Of a DNA stretch of 42,657 nt, positions 37,309-42,657 are shown piece after piece; position 1 is the first letter of the stretch; each line of letters begins with the position of its first letter. The notes under the pieces are model-generated. The model saw only the letters and a list, made by a program, of their open reading frames with translations, was not told where the DNA came from and did not search any database. The translations under genes were made by a program, and so were the position numbers. This DNA comes from Candidatus Saccharimonadota bacterium. GTDB lineage: Bacteria; Patescibacteriota; Saccharimonadia; Saccharimonadales; Saccharimonadaceae. Where the stretch lies: NCBI GenBank assembly GCA_043737705.1, contig JAYTAD010000014.1, positions 1-42,657 of the forward strand, given 5' to 3'.

Positions 37309-38667
37309 CTATATAACTTTTAAGGTGCCGCGAGGGACGCCCATTGCACAAGTAATTTGATAGTTCCCTTTTTTCTTTGGGGTGAAATTAAGAACAATTT
37401 TTTCTCCACCTTTTAGAAACTGCGGACTGTTGTCTAGACCGGGTATCATAATAGTACTCATGCACCCTTGGCCATCCTCTTTGACGTCAACTTCAAGTGT
37501 TGTCGGTTGTCCGACGTTTGTAGTAAAAGTGCTTGGAATGATGTCTTTTTTTAGCGTGTAGCTTGTTTTAAGTACGTTTTTTTCAGAAAACGAACCGGAT
37601 GACGCCGTTGTCTCAGATTGAGTCCACAATTGAGCAAAGGGGTTGCCTATGCCTAGTAGGTTGTATCCATTGGAAATATTCAAAAAGGCCATAGCTACTA
37701 CCGCAACTCCGACTATCCTAAAGAATTTTTTAGCAAAAGCGCCTTTAATAACTGAGGTTAGTCCGCCAACACCCAACAGACCAGGTGCCGTCCCTAGGGC
37801 GAAAGCTCCCATAATAAGCGCACCGGTAATCGGGCTACCGGTACTGATCGCAAATAGCTGCATAGCTTGCGTAAAGCCGCAAGGCAAGAAAAACGTAGCG
37901 CCGCCAATAAGCATTGAATTTTTATGGCTATATTCTTTTTCGCCGCGCTGTTTAATGCCTAGTTTTTTAGCTAAGCCGCTAGGGAGAGTGAACTTGCCGT
38001 TAGTAAGCCGCGGGAACAGCTCGGTAAGCTGTAGGCCAAGTAGAAACATAACGATGCCTACAAAAACTAGCAATCCTCCCAAAAGACCACCTTTTAACTG
38101 AAAGGCGGCACCAAGTGCGCCTATAACTGCCCCAAAGACAACAAAAGATATAAAGCGTCCTAAGTTAAAGAAGAGATGGGGGCGGAACTTTTCGGATGCA
38201 GTTGCGGTTGGGTGTTTTTCGGCATGACGGGCTGATATGCCCAGTACTAAGCCGCCGATAAGGGCCATACATGTAGAAAATCCAGCAGTCAGTCCAAGTG
38301 TGAGCGCAATCATTCCTGCACTGGCGCCAGTGGTGCTGATATTTGAAAGCTTCGTGAGTCCCAAAATGTTCAATATAACAGCAAGGGATATGACGATAAT
38401 TACCCCTATTGCGACGTCTCTATAGATATTCTTGTTGCTGGTTATTACAGGTGGTTTTGCTTCGTAGCCTACTTCGTAACCCGCCTCTGCGATGGCGCGT
38501 TTTAGGGCACTTTGTGGCGGCATGTGGTTAGCGTAAACGACAGCAGTCTTTGACTTGAGGCTCACTTCGGCTTTTTTCACATCCCGTAGTTCTTCAAGTT
38601 GCTCGGTAATCATTATTTCACACGACCGGCAATGCATCCCTTTGATTGGTATCGTTAATTTATCCAT
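37309..38667 (-). CDS. Tri-domain copper protein: HMA, 6-TM core and cupredoxin-like domain (paralog 1)
   Basis: Same architecture as 33231..34571, with GMHCRSCE, FFLPCGFTQAMQL and GQGCMSTIMIPGL...ITCAMGVPRGTLKVI. Confidence 0.7.
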   Translation of the reverse strand: MDKLTIPIKGMHCRSCEIMITEQLEELRDVKKAEVSLKSKTAVVYANHMPPQSALKRAIAEAGYEVGYEAKPPVITSNKNIYRDVAIGVIIVISLAVILNILGLTKLSNISTTGASAGMIALTLGLTAGFSTCMALIGGLVLGISARHAEKHPTATASEKFRPHLFFNLGRFISFVVFGAVIGALGAAFQLKGGLLGGLLVFVGIVMFLLGLQLTELFPRLTNGKFTLPSGLAKKLGIKQRGEKEYSHKNSMLIGGATFFLPCGFTQAMQLFAISTGSPITGALIMGAFALGTAPGLLGVGGLTSVIKGAFAKKFFRIVGVAVVAMAFLNISNGYNLLGIGNPFAQLWTQSETTASSGSFSEKNVLKTSYTLKKDIIPSTFTTNVGQPTTLEVDVKEDGQGCMSTIMIPGLDNSPQFLKGGEKIVLNFTPKKKGNYQITCAMGVPRGTLKVI

Positions 38668-38683
38668 AGTTCTAATTTTCTTT

Positions 38684-39118
38684 CTACCACTTAGCGCAGC
38701 ATTGTATTACATTTTTAACAATTTGATTAACGCCAGCTTTATTGCGGTACGCATAAGCAAAAATCATGACTATCCAAACAGTAGCTATTAACGATATGGC
38801 GGGCAAATTTATTATGAGCGTTATTATCATATACGCGATTAACAATGAGGACAGCAAGAAAGGTAGGCGAAAAACAGTCAGTTCAGTTGGTACTCTTTTT
38901 TCTACTGCGTAATAGATTCCGACTACGCTTCCCCCCATAAGAAGGGCGAGAATAACAGGGTCGTTAAACACAGATAATCGATACAGAACCAGTAAACTTA
39001 CCCACGTCAAACTGATACTGACACAGATAGCGCATAGTTTAAACGGTAAGTGCTTTTTAAGTCCTAACAGCGATACAAACAGTATCACTATAGTTGCAAA
39101 AATAGAGAATAAAATCAT
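38684..39118 (-). CDS. 4-TM membrane protein with an intramembrane CAIC motif and a C-terminal CC
   Basis: Motifs LPFKLCAICVS and VIQCCAKW. ATGA overlap with the upstream gene. Confidence 0.5.
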   Translation of the reverse strand: MILFSIFATIVILFVSLLGLKKHLPFKLCAICVSISLTWVSLLVLYRLSVFNDPVILALLMGGSVVGIYYAVEKRVPTELTVFRLPFLLSSLLIAYMIITLIINLPAISLIATVWIVMIFAYAYRNKAGVNQIVKNVIQCCAKW

Positions 39119-39648
39119 CGAAGTACCTGCATAATAACCGCAGCCAAAATGAGGCTTGCGAAGGTAATTATCATACCTTGAAATGGAATCATTTTACTTT
39201 TTCGAAAGTTCGTCAGTTGTCGACTAAGCCAAGGAGAGGTAAACAAAATAACCGTTCCTATAATAACCCCAATCGAAAACAGGTCAATAAGGTAGGTGCT
39301 GTTAAGGGGAGAGCCATAGTCCCCTCCTAGCGATATATAGACAGAGGTATAGTCATGTGTAAACCACATTATAGGCAGGACAGTTGATGCGTACAGCGCA
39401 ACAAACAGTAGCTTATTTTGATGCGGGATGTAACGCTTTCTAACAAGCCTCGGTATCCAGAGTGCCATAGCAGCAGCAAATGCTCCTATGAATACACCTA
39501 TTGCTCCGAATTCGACGCCCAAAAGTGAGGCGATGCCAGCAGCTGCCCCTGCCCCACCGACACAAAGCGGACAGTGCGCATAGGTGGGAACTGGTACTAA
39601 TGACAGCAAGCTAGCGGCAATCAAGGATGAAGTAACTATTTTTTTCAT
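39115..39648 (-). CDS. Signal-peptide membrane protein with HCPLC directly after the predicted cleavage site
   Basis: The N-terminus reads MKKIV...PTYA|HCPLCVGGAGAAAG and is followed by 4-5 TM helices. Confidence 0.5.
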   Translation of the reverse strand: MKKIVTSSLIAASLLSLVPVPTYAHCPLCVGGAGAAAGIASLLGVEFGAIGVFIGAFAAAMALWIPRLVRKRYIPHQNKLLFVALYASTVLPIMWFTHDYTSVYISLGGDYGSPLNSTYLIDLFSIGVIIGTVILFTSPWLSRQLTNFRKSKMIPFQGMIITFASLILAAVIMQVLR

Positions 39649-39662
39649 TAGTATTTTTTCCT

Positions 39663-40139
39663 TTAAATTGTCATATACGAAGACGTTGTGCCGTCAGTCG
39701 ATACTTGGCTTATGTTAAACGGTTCGATTTTTGCACCTGGCATTCCTGGTGATGCTGATGGCATTCCGGGCATACCGATACCTTTAAACTGGGGTTTGCT
39801 GGCAAGCATTTTTTCTACCGCTTCTAAAGGAATGTGTCCTTCTACAAAATACTTTTCTTGATTAAATACGGTAGTATGGCAACTATCTAGTGAACTAGGA
39901 ACGCCAATTTTTCGCTTTTCATCAGTCAGTCGATCGCTTGTGCTGTGGTTTATCACCTCTACTTCGTAGCCGTTTTTACGCAAGTAACCTACGTAATTTG
40001 CGCAACAACCACAAGTCGCTGTTTTGTGAACAGTCACCGACGATTTGATTGCTACGGGAGTCTCTGACTTTTTTGCGACAATAACCATACCGCCGATCAG
40101 TCCAAAAATTACCGCAACTGCTAAAACAACTCGTTTCAT
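39663..40139 (-). CDS. copG: DUF411/CopG-family copper-binding protein with a Met-rich tail
   Basis: N-terminal anchor, ATCGCCANYVGYL, DSCHTT, YFVEGHIP and a C-terminal GMPGMPSASPGMPG. AAGGAG SD is present. Confidence 0.75.
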   Translation of the reverse strand: MKRVVLAVAVIFGLIGGMVIVAKKSETPVAIKSSVTVHKTATCGCCANYVGYLRKNGYEVEVINHSTSDRLTDEKRKIGVPSSLDSCHTTVFNQEKYFVEGHIPLEAVEKMLASKPQFKGIGMPGMPSASPGMPGAKIEPFNISQVSTDGTTSSYMTI

Positions 40140-40223
40140 ATATTTTTCATGCTCCTTATCCTTATGTGCCCTATGATAGCACTCATATAATATATATTCA
40201 AGTATTCTAATATAAGAATGTAT

Positions 40224-40231
40224 TGTATAAT
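40224..40231 (+). promoter_or_regulatory. Extended -10 (TGTATAAT) exactly 6 nt upstream of the regulator ATG; leaderless promoter
   Basis: The sequence reads TTGTATAATGGCTTT-ATG. The ORF-track TTG start at 40223 lies inside the -10 element. Confidence 0.5.
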
Positions 40232-40237
40232 GGCTTT

Positions 40238-40744
40238 ATGCACCAAAAACTATTTGCCCTACAAGAAGAGATATTCAAAACGCTCGCTAATCAAAAGCGT
40301 TTAGAAATTGTACAATTACTCACACAGCGCGAATTAACCGTAACAGAGATGGTTGATATGCTAGGTATTCCGCAATCAAACTTATCTCAACACCTTGGGG
40401 TACTTCGTCACGTAAAGATTGTGTCTACTCGAAAGCAAGGTCTTCGAGTGTATTATAGATTGACTGACGAACACATCGGAGCAGTTATAAAAGCAATGCG
40501 TGATTTCTTAAAAATTCAATATGCCAATGAGCCTGAAATTTCCAAAATAGTGTCTCAAGGCAACACCCCGCTCTACCCTATTGTCCGCGACGTTGTATGT
40601 GGCATGCGCTTCAATATTCACGAGGCAGGTGAATCTGTTTCTCTTGGTGGCACGGAACATTATTTTTGTGCTCAGGGCTGTAAAGAAACTTTTACGGCAG
40701 ACCCTGATAAATATGCACACGTATTATCTGGTGGCAAAGCATGA
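40238..40744 (+). CDS. ArsR/SmtB-family regulator fused to a C-terminal YHS/TRASH metal-binding domain
   Basis: It has the wHTH LSQHLGVLRHVKIV and the C-terminal VCGMRF...EHYFCAQGCKETFTADPDKY. Confidence 0.75.
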   Translation: MHQKLFALQEEIFKTLANQKRLEIVQLLTQRELTVTEMVDMLGIPQSNLSQHLGVLRHVKIVSTRKQGLRVYYRLTDEHIGAVIKAMRDFLKIQYANEPEISKIVSQGNTPLYPIVRDVVCGMRFNIHEAGESVSLGGTEHYFCAQGCKETFTADPDKYAHVLSGGKA

Positions 40745-40842
40745 AAAAGGATCAACATTCTCGCTATCAAAAAGTTCTGTACGTCGTCTGTTGGGTTATA
40801 CTAGTGCTATTCCTGGTTGTTGCAGCAATAAACATAATATAA
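40741..40842 (+). CDS. 33-aa single-TM peptide (MKKDQHSRYQKVLYVVCWVILVLFLVVAAINII)
   Basis: Not in the ORF track. ATGA overlap with the regulator stop. Confidence 0.35.
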   Translation: MKKDQHSRYQKVLYVVCWVILVLFLVVAAINII

Positions 40843-40852
40843 AGGTAAAAAA

Positions 40853-41047
40853 ATGCATAAAAATAAAAATATGATGTCCGCTAACTATAGTGAATGGCTC
40901 GCTTCTTTACTGGGTGCATGCATAGTGGCCTTTGCGCTTGGTGTGCTACTAAGTCAATACTTTACGGCACTCCTATGGCCCATACTTGTCATCGGCGTAT
41001 TGCTGCATGCTTGGGGTATGCGCAAGACTTACCAAAGGAATCGTTAA
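40853..41047 (+). CDS. 64-aa two-TM membrane peptide
   Basis: An ORF in the track, located between the regulator and the ATPase. Confidence 0.45.
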   Translation: MHKNKNMMSANYSEWLASLLGACIVAFALGVLLSQYFTALLWPILVIGVLLHAWGMRKTYQRNR

Positions 41048-41049
41048 TA

Positions 41050-42657
41050 ATGAAGCCAGAAGATCATATGAACATGGACCATAATTCTCATAATCAACAT
41101 GTTATGCCAAGTGGTAAAATGGGTTTTTGGAGCAAGCTTAAGATGAGTATGTCTATGAAAATGGGCATGGATCATACCGGCTTAGCCGGGCGTCAAATGG
41201 CAAAAATGATGGAACTTGATATACGAAACAAGTTCTTTTTTTCACTTTTTCTATCTATACCTATTATCCTCTACTCGCCTTTAGGAGAAAAAATACTTGG
41301 CGTCAGTCTGCCCGAGCCAATCCCTGCTACGTGGATACTCCTTATCCTCACGACACCCGTGTTGTTTTACTCTGGCTGGATATTCTTATATTCAAGTTAT
41401 CATGCTTTAAGGCAAAAAACTCTCAATATGGCGGTCCTCGTTGCCGTGGGTATTTTGGCGGCGTACCTTACGAGTGTGCTACTGACTAGTATCGGTAGCG
41501 AAGAATCGTATTACGAAGCCGCTGCTTTACTTATTACTTTTGTACTGTTTGGTCACTGGATGGAAATGAAGTCACGGCGCGGTACGACCGACGCCTTGCA
41601 GGCCTTATTTAATCTTGTGCCGCCTCAGGCTCGCGTTTTAAAAAATGGCAAAGAAGTCCTTATATCAACGGGCGATGTGCAGCTAGGCGATGTGATTATC
41701 CTGAAACCAGGCGATAAAGTACCGGTCGATGGCGAGGTCATACAAGGTGAATCTGCTATTGACGAAGCACTCGTAACAGGCGAATCGCTGCCAGTTAGTA
41801 AGCAGGCTGGTGATCCTGTGATTGGAGGCTCGATAAATCTGTCAGGCACCGTACGATTTAAGGCCACGAAAGTTGGGTCCGACACGGCACTGGCGCAGAT
41901 AGTAAAATTGGTGGAAAATGCCCAGAACTCCAAAGCACCGGGGCAACGAATAGCTGATAAATTTGCCGGCTATCTTGTCATTCTGGCGGTTGGTTCTGGA
42001 TTACTGACCTTCGCCGCTTGGTCCCTATTTTCCGACACTGGTTGGTTAGTTGCCCTTACTTTTGCCATCTCAGCCGTGGTAATTGCCTGTCCGGATGCTT
42101 TGGGCCTCGCGACACCGACGGCTGTTGCTGTGGGAACAGGTCTTGGTGCAAAACACAATATTCTCATAAAAGACGCATCAACGCTGGAAGAAGCTTCTAA
42201 AATCCAAGCGGTGGTCCTCGACAAGACGGGTACCTTAACTGAAGGTAGGCCGACCGTAACCGATGTTGTTGTAGCATCTCATATGAGTGAGTCGGAGCTG
42301 ATTAGGCTCGTCGCTGCGGCCGAGTCAGGTTCGAGCCATCCCCTAGCACAGTCAGTTATTAATGAAGCAACGAAGCGCACTATCGTTGTACCTCAGGCAA
42401 CGAAGTTTATGAATCTTGCCGGCCACGGCGTCGAGGCGGTTATCGATGGACACAAAGTGCTGGTTGGAACTGCAAGACTAATGAAGGACAGAGATATCGA
42501 TACAACAGCTATTAATGACAGTGTCGAGAAGCTACTTGATGAGGGAAAAACACTTATGATAGCGGCAATCGACGGAACAGCAGCTGGTGTGTTGGCGGCA
42601 TCCGATCCACTAAAACCAACAGCAAAAGCGGCTATAGCTGCAATGAAAAAAGCCGGC
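41050..42657 (+). CDS. P1B-type heavy-metal ATPase, CopB-like, with a His/Met-rich N-terminus and a CPD transmembrane motif; 3' end truncated by the window
   Basis: Not in the ORF track because it runs off the window. The ATG is at 41050. Motifs seen: MKPEDHMNMDHNSHNQH...MSMSMKMGMDH, TGESLP, ACPDALGLATP, DKTGTLT and SSHPLA. The antisense ORFs 41625..41933 and 41970..42224 are shadows of this gene. Confidence 0.9.
   Translation, partial: MKPEDHMNMDHNSHNQHVMPSGKMGFWSKLKMSMSMKMGMDHTGLAGRQMAKMMELDIRNKFFFSLFLSIPIILYSPLGEKILGVSLPEPIPATWILLILTTPVLFYSGWIFLYSSYHALRQKTLNMAVLVAVGILAAYLTSVLLTSIGSEESYYEAAALLITFVLFGHWMEMKSRRGTTDALQALFNLVPPQARVLKNGKEVLISTGDVQLGDVIILKPGDKVPVDGEVIQGESAIDEALVTGESLPVSKQAGDPVIGGSINLSGTVRFKATKVGSDTALAQIVKLVENAQNSKAPGQRIADKFAGYLVILAVGSGLLTFAAWSLFSDTGWLVALTFAISAVVIACPDALGLATPTAVAVGTGLGAKHNILIKDASTLEEASKIQAVVLDKTGTLTEGRPTVTDVVVASHMSESELIRLVAAAESGSSHPLAQSVINEATKRTIVVPQATKFMNLAGHGVEAVIDGHKVLVGTARLMKDRDIDTTAINDSVEKLLDEGKTLMIAAIDGTAAGVLAASDPLKPTAKAAIAAMKKAG

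Overview
This is a 42.7-kb, gene-dense bacterial window with about 45 protein genes and one tRNA. I saw no rRNA, CRISPR array, transposase, integrase or phage genes. The gene content includes type IV pilin-like proteins with unusual C-terminal domains, a single-polypeptide UvrD helicase plus PD-(D/E)xK nuclease, tight operons with ATGA overlaps, and many apparently leaderless genes. That is compatible with a small-genome lineage such as Saccharibacteria/CPR, but this is inference only. Layout: (i) 1-5.3 kb holds a hairpin array, dus, a ~385-nt highly structured leader or ncRNA with its own sigma70-like promoter followed by an SD-bearing 50-aa ORF, and the helicase-nuclease. (ii) 5.8-8.5 kb holds two pilin-fusion genes, one RCC1 propeller and one glycine-rich domain. 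(iii) 8.5-16.1 kb holds an RNA m5U methyltransferase, tRNA-Gln(CUG), membrane proteins, a GuaB-family enzyme, a tiny basic-peptide transcription unit and a lipid kinase. (iv) 16.3-19.3 kb is a thiol/metalloid module with ArsR-Trx-ArsP, Grx-rhodanese-Fur and a second rhodanese, plus a 33-bp perfect palindrome operator. (v) 19.9-21.6 kb holds an orphan 505-aa zinc-ribbon protein behind what reads as a compact cobalamin riboswitch, followed by a VIT-family transporter. (vi) 23.6-33.1 kb is a surface-glycan operon with a flippase, GT2, GT4, a pyruvyl transferase and two large GT-C-like membrane proteins. (vii) 33.2-42.7 kb is an atypical copper island: CopA flanked by two paralogous HMA/6-TM/cupredoxin-like proteins, two CxxC membrane proteins, DUF411/CopG, a leaderless ArsR-YHS regulator and a second, window-truncated P1B ATPase with a CPD motif. 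The best candidates for something new are the riboswitch-controlled orphan gene, the unclassified structured RNA at 1.5-1.9 kb and the copper island. All family assignments rest on motif recognition by eye and recalled consensus sequences. No searches were run.
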